From Deltaproteobacteria bacterium (GTDB taxonomy: Bacteria; Myxococcota_A; UBA9160; PR03), in contig JANNKU010000028.1 in assembly GCA_031396445.1 (NCBI GenBank), positions 20,651 through 84,650 on the forward strand: a stretch of DNA of 64,000 bases, in the 5' to 3' direction. The position numbers and the translations under genes are program-made. The stretch's first letter is position 1. Every line of letters starts with the position of its first letter. The notes under the pieces are model-generated. The model was given only the letters and a program-made list of their open reading frames with translations, ran no database searches and was not told where the DNA came from. This document shows, one piece after another, positions 7,723-16,363 of the stretch.

Positions 7723-10233
7723 ATGCGCCGCACGCTCCGTTCCACTCTCCTGCTGCTCCCCTACCTCGTCGGTCTCGGTTGCGACGATCCCCGCGTCGCC
7801 GACTTTGGCCTGCCGATCGCCGGCGGCGGTCTCCCGGTGACCGTCTTCGTGCGTGCAGGCGTGGCTCCCGCCGACGTCCAGATCGTCCTCGACGGCCAGG
7901 ACGTGGGGCCGCTCTTCACGGCCGGGCCGCAGGGTCTCAGCGCCACGCTTTCGCTGCCGACTCCTGGCACACATGAGCTCGCCGTGACGCAGCCCGGAAC
8001 GCTCGGCGTGCCGGTGCTGCAGAAGAAATTCTTCGAGGTGCCCGCACCTACGCCTACTCTTTCAAGCGTCACGCCCGCGGCGGGATCGATTCCCGTCACG
8101 TCCTGGTTTCGCTTCGAGTTCCAGCAGGATGTGAACGCCGCGATGTTCTCGGGCTTCGGCTTTGCGCTCTCTTGCGGCGGACAGCAGATCCCTCGTTTCG
8201 CCTACACCGTCGAGAACCGGAGCGTCGTGCTCGATCCGTTGCTCGCGCTCCCGGCGGGCGCTTGTCGTGTGGTCTGGCGCGATGCGAGCGGCGCGGTGGA
8301 ACGAAACTTCAGCGTTGCAGCGAAGGCGACCACTGCGCTCGCATCGGCGATCTACGACCGCGAGAGCCCGCTGGCGTTCGCACCCTTCCCGGACGATTGG
8401 TGGACCGCGGGCGGCGTCGACACACCGACCGGTTTGCAGCTCGCCTTCTACGGGCCGGCCTTCGGCGATCTGCGCGACGGCGTGGTCGGCGGCATCGCGG
8501 CTTCGATGGCAGAGCTGGATGGGTGGAGCCCGATCGGACCGATCGTGCTCTCCTTCTCGCACGCGGTCGAACGATCGCTGCTTCCCGCGGATGAGTTCGC
8601 GGCGCAGAGTCCGTTCTCACCGATCGCGATCGTCGATGTCGATCCCGCCAGCCCTGAATACGGGGCGCGAATTCCTTTCCTGGTCGAAGCGCGCGACGAC
8701 CGGGCGCCGAACGGGAGCATCGATCACACGCTCATCTTGTTTCCATCGATCACGCTACGGCCGCATGGGCGCTACGCCGTGGTCGTCACGCAGCGGCTGA
8801 TCGCGGCCGGCGATGCCACGCGCCCGATCGGTCGCTCGGGATTTTTCCATCGCGCGGCGAGCGATCCGACGCTCGCGTCGACACCGGAAGAGGATTTCAT
8901 CCGCGAGACCATCGCCCCGCTGCTGGAGATCCTCGAAACCGCGCCGTCGGTTCCGATCTACCGGAACGACGTCGCGCTGGTGCTCAGCGTGTCCACGCGT
9001 TCGACGCTGCGGGATCCGTCGGACATGGTCGCGATCAAGGAAAATGCGCTGGTCGCGCCGCCGCCGGTGCTGACCGTCACGAGCATCAGCACCTCGGCGC
9101 AGCGGCGTCTGATCGTGCGCGGCACGCTCGCGATTCCGAGCTATCTGCCGCCGGACGACATGAGCGATCTCACGCGCGACGCGCAGAGCGGTCGCCCGCT
9201 CTCCGAGACCACCGAGGCCGTGCCCTTCACGATGACGCTTCCGAACCAGGCGCTCGCTGGACCAGTTCCGATCGCGATCTTCCAGCACGGAAGTCCGGGT
9301 ACACAGGAAGACGTTCTCAGCGTCAACAACGAATTCCTCGACGATGCCGGCTACGCGATCGTCGGGATCCAGGACACGGCGAACCGTCGCTTCGGCGACG
9401 ACTCCACGCTGCAGACCGTGGGCGTCTTGTTGCATCTGGTGGAGTTCGGGCACATCCCGCTACTCGAGTTGCAGACACACGCCGACTTGCAGTCGCTCGT
9501 GCGTGCCCTCGAGGGGATCGCCGCGAGCGACTGGTTGCCGAACGGTGCACCCAATGGCGTGCCCGAGCTCGACACTTCGAAGATCGTCTACCGCGGTGTC
9601 AGCTTCGGCGCGCATCACTCGCTCGGCTTCCTGCCCTTCGCACCCGAGGTGCGCGCGGCGGCGAGCATCGTGGGCGCCGGGCGATTCTTCGAGAATTCGA
9701 TCCACCAGATCGACCACTACGGTGTGTTGGGCCAGATCCAGCAAGTGATCCCCGCGCTCCGTCCGATCGAATTGCTCGTGGGTCTCGCGGCGCTGCAGAA
9801 CGACGAAGATCGCCAGGATCCGCATCTGCTGGCGCGATACTTGTACCGGGAGCGACTGCCGATCGCGGGGATCTCGCCGTCGGCGCAGCCGCCGAGCCTG
9901 CTGTGGACCGAGGGCATCGGCGACACCGTCGTCTCGAACAACGCCACGCGCGCGGCGGCCCGAGAACTGGGCATCCCGCAGGTGCAGCGCGTGAAGCGCG
10001 CTTCGCCTGGGCTCGAGCAGGTGCCCGCGCCGCTTGCGGGCAACATCGGCCCCACGCGCACGGCGGGTCATTTCCAGTACGTGCCTTCGCAAACACCGAG
10101 TTGCGTCGCTGTGGGCTTGACGCAAGGCCATCACTGCCCGCAGCGCGCGACGGAGGCCCGGCAGCAGATCCTCACCTTCTTCTCGACCGCGCTCGCGGGC
10201 GGAGCGCCGCAGATCATCGATCCGTTGCCTTAG
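7723..10233 (+). CDS. Secreted lipoprotein: N-terminal Ig-like (SbsA_Ig-type) domains + C-terminal alpha/beta-hydrolase (lipase/esterase-like)
   Basis: Signal/lipobox-like N-terminus MRRTLRSTLLLLPYLVGLGC. Nucleophile elbow GVSFG (YRGVSFGAHHSLGF). IAIFQHGSPG oxyanion-like segment. 836-aa intact ORF. Confidence 0.7.
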   Translation: MRRTLRSTLLLLPYLVGLGCDDPRVADFGLPIAGGGLPVTVFVRAGVAPADVQIVLDGQDVGPLFTAGPQGLSATLSLPTPGTHELAVTQPGTLGVPVLQKKFFEVPAPTPTLSSVTPAAGSIPVTSWFRFEFQQDVNAAMFSGFGFALSCGGQQIPRFAYTVENRSVVLDPLLALPAGACRVVWRDASGAVERNFSVAAKATTALASAIYDRESPLAFAPFPDDWWTAGGVDTPTGLQLAFYGPAFGDLRDGVVGGIAASMAELDGWSPIGPIVLSFSHAVERSLLPADEFAAQSPFSPIAIVDVDPASPEYGARIPFLVEARDDRAPNGSIDHTLILFPSITLRPHGRYAVVVTQRLIAAGDATRPIGRSGFFHRAASDPTLASTPEEDFIRETIAPLLEILETAPSVPIYRNDVALVLSVSTRSTLRDPSDMVAIKENALVAPPPVLTVTSISTSAQRRLIVRGTLAIPSYLPPDDMSDLTRDAQSGRPLSETTEAVPFTMTLPNQALAGPVPIAIFQHGSPGTQEDVLSVNNEFLDDAGYAIVGIQDTANRRFGDDSTLQTVGVLLHLVEFGHIPLLELQTHADLQSLVRALEGIAASDWLPNGAPNGVPELDTSKIVYRGVSFGAHHSLGFLPFAPEVRAAASIVGAGRFFENSIHQIDHYGVLGQIQQVIPALRPIELLVGLAALQNDEDRQDPHLLARYLYRERLPIAGISPSAQPPSLLWTEGIGDTVVSNNATRAAARELGIPQVQRVKRASPGLEQVPAPLAGNIGPTRTAGHFQYVPSQTPSCVAVGLTQGHHCPQRATEARQQILTFFSTALAGGAPQIIDPLP

Positions 10234-10426
10234 CGGCGTCGCTCGAAACTTCTGGTCGAAAACTTCGCACGACGTGACCGAAGCTGTCACGCGGCCGTGG
10301 TCTCCTGCTCTTCGAGCCAGGCGCCGACCAATCTGTCCCCCTCGAATCGACCCTCGGTCGACGGCGCCTGGCTCGAAACCTCTTGCCGCTCACGGCAACG
10401 AAGTAGAGAGATGGAGGTTCGCAGCC

Positions 10427-10663
10427 ATGGCTCGATCTCAGACGACCGCACGGCGCCTCACGGCCCGCGCGCTCACCCCCGAAGCTTGTGGAGTATGCAG
10501 CGGCGCCGACGTCGCGATCGATGAGGTCTTCGAGCGCGGCCTGTGGCTGCTCTCGGAGTGCCGGCGTTGCCAACATCAATGGACCGAAGGCCCGCTCGCG
10601 AGCCCGCGCGGGCCGGTGGTTCGCGCGGTTGCGGCGGCGGTGGATCAGCAAGCGGCCGCGTAG
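10427..10663 (+). CDS. Small CxxC...CxxC zinc-ribbon protein
   Basis: ATG at 10427 is preceded by GGAGG. Translation: MARSQTTARRL...EACGVCSGADVAIDEVFERGLWLLSECRRCQHQW. It sits 46 nt upstream of the ArsA-like genes on the same strand. Confidence 0.55.
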   Translation: MARSQTTARRLTARALTPEACGVCSGADVAIDEVFERGLWLLSECRRCQHQWTEGPLASPRGPVVRAVAAAVDQQAAA

Positions 10664-10709
10664 CGACGAGCGCGAACTCGCAGTGCTCGTCAGGTGATAG
10701 CCTGCGCGC

Positions 10710-13076
10710 GTGAGATTGGTTTTCTACACGGGCAAGGGCGGCGTCGGCAAGACGACGACGGCGGCGGCCAGCGCCGCGCACGCGGCAACGCTCGGCCACC
10801 GCACGCTGGTGCTCTCCGCCGATCCGGCGCACAGCCTCGGCGATGTGCTCGGTGTCGCGCTCGATACGAAGACGACGACGCCCGTCGATGTGGCGCGCCG
10901 ACTCCGCGCGCTCGAAGTCGATGCGCGCGCGACGCTCGATCCGCACTGGGGCGCGATTCGCGACTACCTCATCTCGCTCTTTCGCCATCAGGGCATCGAG
11001 GACGTGATCGCCGACGAGCTGGCGCTCTTGCCCGGCGCCGAGGAAGTCGCCGCGCTGCTCGCCGTCGAAGAGGCCGCGCGTTCGGGCGACTACGACCTCT
11101 GCATCGTCGATTGCGCGCCCACCGGCTCGACGCTGCGCCTGGTGACACTGCCGGAAGTCGCGAGTCGCACGCTGCGGCTGCTGCTGCGCGTGCAGCGCGC
11201 CGTCGCGGCGCTGGTGTCGCCGGTGGCGCGCGCCGTCGTCCCCGTGCCGCTGCCTGGCCCGGAAGTGTTTCGCGATCTCGATCAGCTTCTCTACAAGCGA
11301 CTCGTCACGCTGCGCGAGATGCTGCTCTCGGCAGACACGAGCGTGCGTATCGTCGTGACGCCCGAGCGCATGGTGATCGACGAGGCGCTGCGCGCGCACA
11401 CCGATCTCGCGCTCTTCGAATTGCGCTGCGATGCGGTCGTGATGAACCGGCTCTTCCCGCCCGAGGCCGCGGCGGAGGCGTTCTTCGAGGGCTGGGGCCG
11501 TTGGCAGGAAGAGCGACTTGCCGAAGTGAACGAAGTGTTTGCGCCGCTGCCGGTGCTGCGCGCTCCGCTCGCGCAGGATGAAGTGGTGGGCGCGGCGGCG
11601 CTCGCCGCACACGGCGCGCTGATCTTCGCGGGCGCCGATCCCCACGCGGTGCTCTGCGTTGCACCGCGACTGCGTTTCCCGCGCGACAAACGCGGCTATC
11701 GCGTCGAGCTGCCGCTGCCGCACGCGCGCAGCGACGCGCTCGATGTCGCGAAGCTCGACGACACGCTGGTGGTGCGCGCTGGTGGTGCGCACTGGCAACC
11801 GCCGTCGCGCGATTCCGCTGCCGCGCAAACTCGCGCAACTCTCGCTGGTGTCTGCGAAGCTCGAGGCCGGCATGTTGATCGTGCGGCTCGCGCCGGCTGC
11901 GGAGGGCGCGGGCTGATGCGCGTGGTGTTGCTCACCGGCAAGGGCGGCGTCGGCAAGACGACGCTCTCGGCCGCGACGGCACTCGGCGCGGCGGAACACG
12001 CGCATCGCGTGTTCCTGCTCTCGACCGATCCCGCGCACAGTGTCGGCGACGCGCTCGGCATGCCGGTCGGCGCGCGACCGGTCGAAGTGGCGCCGAACGT
12101 CGTCGCGCAGGAAGTCGCCGTGCTCGACGAACTCGATCGCTCGTGGTCGGCGATCCAGGACTGGCTGCGCCAACTGCTGCGAGAAGGCGCCGACGAGCTG
12201 CTCGCAGAAGAAGTGCTGGTGTTCCCGGGACTCGAGGAACTCGTCGCATTGCGCGCGATTCGCGAAGTCGAGGCGCTCGGCGATTTCGATGTGTGCGTCG
12301 TCGATTGCGCGCCCACCGGCTCGACGCTGCGCATGCTGCGTTTCCCCGACGCGCTCGCGGTGTTCATGGGCGGCCTCTTCGATCTCGAACGCCGCGCCGC
12401 GCGCGCGCTGCGACCGATCCTCGGCGCGATCGGCATGCGCGGCCTCGTGCCGAGCGACGAAGTCTTCGCCGCCTTCGAGCGACTGGTGCGCGACGTGGAC
12501 GACGTCCGCCAGATCCTGCTCGATGGCGATCGCACCAGCGCGCGGCTCGTCACGAACGCGGCGCGCGTGGTGGTGGACGAGACGCGACGCTCGTTCGCGT
12601 ACTTGTGCCTCTACGGCGTCGCGACCGACGCGGTGCTGGTGAACAGGCTGCTGCCCGAGGTCGCGCGCGACGGCTTCTTCGCGAAGTGGGTCGCGCGCGA
12701 ACACGAAGAGATGCTCTCGCTCGAAGCCAGCTTCGGCGTGCCGCTGCTGCGCGCCCAATTGCGCGCCGCCGAGCCGATCGGTGTCGAAGCGCTGCGCGCG
12801 CTGTCGCGCGAGATCTACGGCGATCGCGACCCCGCCGCGATCCTGCACCGCGGCCGCCCGCTGCGCTGGCGCAGAGTCGGCGCCGCCACGCTGCTCGAAA
12901 TCGATCTCCCCAACGTCTCGAAGGAAGAGATCGAAGTGACCGTACACGGCGAAGACCTCCACCTCCGCGTCCGCGACGCCCGCCGCGTGATCGCGCTCCC
13001 GGCGTCCCTGGTCGGCCGCCCCCTCACCAGCGCCACCCTCCGCAACTCCCTCCTCGAAATCCGCTTCGCCCGGTGA
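10710..13076 (+). CDS. Two tandem ArsA/GET3-family P-loop ATPase modules, each with an HSP20-like C-terminal domain. They read as one 788-aa ORF because of a 13-bp duplication (see findings).
   Basis: Module 1: MRLVFYTGKGGVGKTTTAAA...SADPAHSLGD...DCAPTG. Module 2 from ATG 11916: MRVVLLTGKGGVGKTTLSAA...STDPAHSVGD...DCAPTG. C-terminal LLEIDLPNVSKEEIEVTVHGEDLHLRVRDARRVIALP = ArsA HSP20-like domain. Confidence 0.85.
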   Translation: MRLVFYTGKGGVGKTTTAAASAAHAATLGHRTLVLSADPAHSLGDVLGVALDTKTTTPVDVARRLRALEVDARATLDPHWGAIRDYLISLFRHQGIEDVIADELALLPGAEEVAALLAVEEAARSGDYDLCIVDCAPTGSTLRLVTLPEVASRTLRLLLRVQRAVAALVSPVARAVVPVPLPGPEVFRDLDQLLYKRLVTLREMLLSADTSVRIVVTPERMVIDEALRAHTDLALFELRCDAVVMNRLFPPEAAAEAFFEGWGRWQEERLAEVNEVFAPLPVLRAPLAQDEVVGAAALAAHGALIFAGADPHAVLCVAPRLRFPRDKRGYRVELPLPHARSDALDVAKLDDTLVVRAGGAHWQPPSRDSAAAQTRATLAGVCEARGRHVDRAARAGCGGRGLMRVVLLTGKGGVGKTTLSAATALGAAEHAHRVFLLSTDPAHSVGDALGMPVGARPVEVAPNVVAQEVAVLDELDRSWSAIQDWLRQLLREGADELLAEEVLVFPGLEELVALRAIREVEALGDFDVCVVDCAPTGSTLRMLRFPDALAVFMGGLFDLERRAARALRPILGAIGMRGLVPSDEVFAAFERLVRDVDDVRQILLDGDRTSARLVTNAARVVVDETRRSFAYLCLYGVATDAVLVNRLLPEVARDGFFAKWVAREHEEMLSLEASFGVPLLRAQLRAAEPIGVEALRALSREIYGDRDPAAILHRGRPLRWRRVGAATLLEIDLPNVSKEEIEVTVHGEDLHLRVRDARRVIALPASLVGRPLTSATLRNSLLEIRFAR
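11764..11790 (+). repeat. Exact tandem duplication, period 13 bp (gctggtggtgcgc x2)
   Basis: 11765-11777 and 11778-11790 are identical. Removing one copy joins frame 0 to the frame of track ORF 11659..11916. Confidence 0.95.
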
Positions 13077-13217
13077 GAAAGGGGACGGTCCTCGAAGTGA
13101 CTGGCTGTCGACTGGAGGGACAGACTTGGGTGAAGCATGTCCCTGTAGTCATCAGCCAGTCACTTCGAGGACCGTCCCTAAAGTGACTCCAAAGTGACTG
13201 GGTGATGACTACAGGGA
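13072..13217. repeat. Foldback (MITE/REP-like) element, family A, copy 1
   Basis: 26-bp perfect inverted repeat: gggacggtcctcgaagtgactggctg (13082-13107) against 13153-13178. Nested inverted pairs: gggaca...tgtccc and ccctgtagtcat...atgactacaggg. It shares GGTGAGAAAGGGGACGGTCCTCGAAGTGACTGG with 61604.. and 48709... The TGA stop of the ArsA gene (13074-13076) lies inside it. Confidence 0.9.
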
Positions 13218-13248
13218 CGGGCTTTGAGGGATGAGCGGGGTTTTGTGA

Positions 13249-14010
13249 ATGCCGGAGCGGATCGTGTCGCTGGTGCCGAGCCTTACCGAGGCGCTCTTTG
13301 AGCTCGGGCTCGGCGATCGCGTGGTGGGTGTGACGGATTGGTGCGTGCACCCGGCCGATGGGGTCCTGGCGCTGCCCAAGGTTGGGGGCACGAAGGATGC
13401 GAGCGCGGCGGCGATCGTTGCGCTGGCGCCCGATCTCGTGATTGCGAACCACGAGGAGAACACGCGGCGCGTGGTCGAGCAGCTGCGCGCGGCGGGTCTC
13501 GCCGTCTGGGTGACTTACCCCCGCACGGTTCGCGAGGGCGCGACGTTGTTGCGCGAACTCGCCGCGCTCGGCGCGACGCCGGCCGCGATCGCCGCGATCG
13601 TCGAGCCGGTCGAGGCCGCCGTTATCGAGGCCGAAGCGGCCCGGCCCACGCTACCCGTGCGCGTCTTCTGCCCGATCTGGCGTGACCCGTGGATGGCGGT
13701 CGCCCGCGACACCTACATCCATTCGATGCTCGAGCTCTGCGGTGGCACCAACGTTTTCGCCGACCGTGGCGACCGCCGCTACCCGATCGTCACCCTCGAC
13801 GACGTCATCGCCGCCGCGCCCGAAGTGATCCTGCTGCCCGACGAGCCCTACGCTTTTGGAGTTCGCGATGCCCAGGACTTGGCGCGCCTCGACCTTCCCG
13901 CGAGCCATTCGGGACGAATCCATTGCGTAGACGGCACTTGGGTGTCGTGGTACGGTCCGCGCATTCGACCGGCCGTGACGGCACTCCGCTCGCTACTCCA
14001 GCCGAGCTGA
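13249..14010 (+). CDS. Periplasmic-binding-protein-fold (BtuF/TroA-like, cobalamin/siderophore-type) substrate-binding protein
   Basis: 253-aa ORF. Motifs: MPERIVSLVPSLTEALFELGLGDRVVGVTDWC...LPKVGG...PDLVIAN...EVILLPDEPY, a pattern typical of BtuF-like helical-backbone binding proteins. Confidence 0.75.
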   Translation: MPERIVSLVPSLTEALFELGLGDRVVGVTDWCVHPADGVLALPKVGGTKDASAAAIVALAPDLVIANHEENTRRVVEQLRAAGLAVWVTYPRTVREGATLLRELAALGATPAAIAAIVEPVEAAVIEAEAARPTLPVRVFCPIWRDPWMAVARDTYIHSMLELCGGTNVFADRGDRRYPIVTLDDVIAAAPEVILLPDEPYAFGVRDAQDLARLDLPASHSGRIHCVDGTWVSWYGPRIRPAVTALRSLLQPS

Positions 14011-14314
14011 GCCAACTCGCGGACCTCCCTCCCCGGCCGACTCTCGCCCCCCCCGTCCTGTTGAGTTCGGATGAGATCTGGAAGAGAACCCGGAGTGGCA
14101 AAGTGCCTCCGGGTCTTCGGCAACCGGCGCGGATGCACGCGAGCTGCGTGGTCACGAGTAAGAAAGCACTCGCGTAATCCGCCCGTCCTGCCGAGGAGAT
14201 TTGCCAAAACCGCGAGCGACCGGCGTTCGAGGCGAACGCTGGCGCCCCGCAGACAAGGAGCTCCGCGTCGGCGATCTGCCGCGCGAGGGCTCGAAGGCAG
14301 GGGGAACGCGTCCC

Positions 14315-15886
14315 ATGGTGCGGCGGAACACGAATCGGCAGACGGAGTTCGCTGTCTCGCGGTCGAGCGCTGGGACGCGCGCGATCGTCGCGGCAGCCAT
14401 CGCGGCGCTGAGCTTCAACGCAACCGGCGCAGGCGCCGCGACCGTCTCGGAAGTGCGCGTCGGTACCCACGACGACGGGCATACCCGCATCGTCGTCGAG
14501 CTCGACTCGGCCGCGGGCTATCGCCTGCAAGCGCCGAGCGAAGGGAAGGCGCCCGAGCTGATCGTCGATCTCGACGCCACCAGCATCGAGCGCGACGTCC
14601 CCTCGAAGAGCCGCGTCGTGAAGAAGGTCCACGTCGAGCCGACCGCCAATGGTTCGACCGTGCGCATCTCGCTCGCAACGGGCGACGTTGCGGTGAAAGA
14701 GATGTTGCTCGCGAACCCGCCGCGGATCGTGCTCGATCTGAAGGCGCGCGGTCCGATCCCGAAGAGCGATGCCGTGGCCGACGCGGCCGCCGAGACTTCT
14801 GTTGCCGCGGCGAGCCCCGAGAAGGTGGCTCTCGTGCCGCCGACACCGGCGAAGGTCGAAGCGCCGAAGAGCGAGCCGGTCGTCGTCGCGGCTGCCGAGC
14901 CCACGCCGGTCGTCGAGAAGCGCGAAGCGCCGCTCCAGCTCGAAGCGCCGCCGTCCGCAGTGGCGAAGCCGTCGAACTCCGCTGCGCCGTCGCAAGCGAA
15001 GCGCGACGCGATGCCGCCGCCGCCCACCGATCCGCAGCCCGAGTTCGAATCGACTGCCACGGAACCGGCGGCTGCAAAGCCCACCTTGATTCCGCCCGTC
15101 GATCGCGAGAAGAGCAGCGCGCAGCAGACGTCGCCCGCGACCTCGATCGCCGCCGCCGCCGAAGCGCGTCGCAAGGCGATCGCCGAGAAGGCGCAGAGTT
15201 CGAGCAGCGAATCGCTGATGGATCTCGCGATGAGTCCCATCGGACTTGGCGCGATTGGCGCCGTCGTGCTGCTGCTCGCGATCGTGGTGATGCGCCGCCG
15301 CCGCAGCGCGGAAGACGAGGATCCGCTCTACACCGTGATGTCGGCCGACGATGCCGGCGTGGGTGTCTCGATGGACGCCGCCTATCCGGTCACTGACGAG
15401 GCGGAGTTCCGCACTCCGGTGCTCGCGAACCTCGGCCCCTTCGATCCCGATGCGTTCGAAGAAGCGTCCGAACCGGCGATCCGCGACAACGGACCGCGTC
15501 AGCTCGCACTCGGCAGTGCGCCGATCGTGAGCGAGCCGGAAGCGAGCGTGATGCTCGGCGACGACTCCGACGCGGACTCGATCTTCGCGGCGGAGCCCGA
15601 AGTGATCGCATCGGCCGTGCCGGTGATGGCGCCGGCCTTCGAGCCGACGCCGGTCGCGCCGCATGTCGCGCAGATTTCCGCCGAGGTCGAGCGCCGCGTA
15701 TCGGAGCTCGAACGCCGCCTCGAACAACTCACCGAAGCGCGCGAGCGACTCGAACGACAGGTCGCAGCGCAGACCGAAGAGCTGCGCGTTCAGCGCGCGG
15801 CGATCGCTCGCACACAGCGCGTCGTGCGCACGATCGCAAAGACGGAAGACATGGCGACCGAGCCGGTGCCGCGGGCCAACGCATGA
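14315..15886 (+). CDS. AMIN-domain protein with Pro/Ala/Glu-rich linker, one TM helix and a C-terminal coiled coil
   Basis: Frame of track ORF 14201..15886; I prefer ATG 14315 (MVRRNTNRQ...). AMIN signature: VSEVRVGTHDDGHTRIVVELD...PELIVDLD and NGSTVRISLA...PPRIVLDLKA. TM: IGLGAIGAVVLLLAIVVMRRRRS. Heptad-rich tail: VERRVSELERRLEQLTEARERLERQV. Confidence 0.75.
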   Translation: MVRRNTNRQTEFAVSRSSAGTRAIVAAAIAALSFNATGAGAATVSEVRVGTHDDGHTRIVVELDSAAGYRLQAPSEGKAPELIVDLDATSIERDVPSKSRVVKKVHVEPTANGSTVRISLATGDVAVKEMLLANPPRIVLDLKARGPIPKSDAVADAAAETSVAAASPEKVALVPPTPAKVEAPKSEPVVVAAAEPTPVVEKREAPLQLEAPPSAVAKPSNSAAPSQAKRDAMPPPPTDPQPEFESTATEPAAAKPTLIPPVDREKSSAQQTSPATSIAAAAEARRKAIAEKAQSSSSESLMDLAMSPIGLGAIGAVVLLLAIVVMRRRRSAEDEDPLYTVMSADDAGVGVSMDAAYPVTDEAEFRTPVLANLGPFDPDAFEEASEPAIRDNGPRQLALGSAPIVSEPEASVMLGDDSDADSIFAAEPEVIASAVPVMAPAFEPTPVAPHVAQISAEVERRVSELERRLEQLTEARERLERQVAAQTEELRVQRAAIARTQRVVRTIAKTEDMATEPVPRANA

Positions 15887-15943
15887 TTTTCGCACCACGG
15901 CCGCAGACGGCCGCGCGCTACTAAACCGAAATAGGATCAGGGG
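15882..15943 (-). repeat. Hairpin repeat, family B, copy 1 (diverged)
   Basis: The reverse complement reads cccctgatcctatttcggtttagtagcgcgcggccgtctgcggccgtggtgcgaaaatcatg, which aligns with the copies at 42.26, 46.47-46.63 and 47.35-47.49 kb. The TGA stop of the AMIN gene (15884-15886) lies in its TCATGA-like end. Confidence 0.75.
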
Positions 15944-15978
15944 TCCGGCCCTGCCGGCCCCGCATGGACGGCGCGCGC

Positions 15979-16284
15979 TCAAATCTCGATGCGCCCGCCT
16001 GCGTCACAACGCGCTTCGATCGGCGGCGCGTAGGTCTCGGTGCTGGGAAGCAGCTCCTGGTAGATGACGGAACCCGAAGCGGCGCAGATCGGGACCGTCT
16101 GACCTTCCGTGAGCGACCCTTCGTACAACCACGTCGTACATTCCGCAGGCGCGCTCGCTTCGCAGACACGAACCTGCGTCGAAGACGGGTCGGCATCGAT
16201 CTTCGTGAGCTGGCAACAGACCGCCTGCGCCGAACCCGATTGCATCGCAAAGAAAAGCGCAACCATCACTCTCGAAATCTTCAT
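15979..16284 (-). CDS. Small secreted Cys-rich protein (101 aa, 6 Cys in the mature part)
   Basis: Internal ATG at 16284 of track ORF 15979..16596 is preceded by GGAGGA 5 nt upstream. Signal peptide MKISRVMVALFFAMQSGSAQA. Mature part: VCCQLTKIDADPSSTQVRVCEASAPAEC.... Divergent from the giant-protein operon. Confidence 0.7.
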   Translation of the reverse strand: MKISRVMVALFFAMQSGSAQAVCCQLTKIDADPSSTQVRVCEASAPAECTTWLYEGSLTEGQTVPICAASGSVIYQELLPSTETYAPPIEARCDAGGRIEI

Positions 16285-16363
16285 CGTTTCCTCCGATTCT
16301 TGATCGTCGAATCTACGCGCTGCGCGTTGACACAGAATCCATTCACCGTAGCATGCGCGCCGC

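Noticed and set aside
10349-10366. Sigma-54-like motif tggctc-N8-ttgc upstream of the Zn-ribbon gene
   Set aside because: The spacing between the GG and GC elements is wrong (8 nt instead of 5), and the -24 element is TGGCTC. The same applies to the aGGCAC...CATT motif on the minus strand near 5492-5507.
13077-13248. Cobalamin riboswitch upstream of the BtuF-like gene
   Set aside because: The gap is fully accounted for by the family A foldback element, and I see no B12-box-like sequence.
10473-15982. Antisense ORFs 10473..12962 (829 aa), 13805..15982 (725 aa), and likewise 29735..31945, 34581..36566, 39549..42158, 52587..54440
   Set aside because: Same reasoning. Each lies opposite a gene with clear domain motifs (ArsA P-loops, AMIN, GspB/anchored protein, SGNH/GMC, lnt, NtrC) and encodes only Arg/Asp/His-rich junk.
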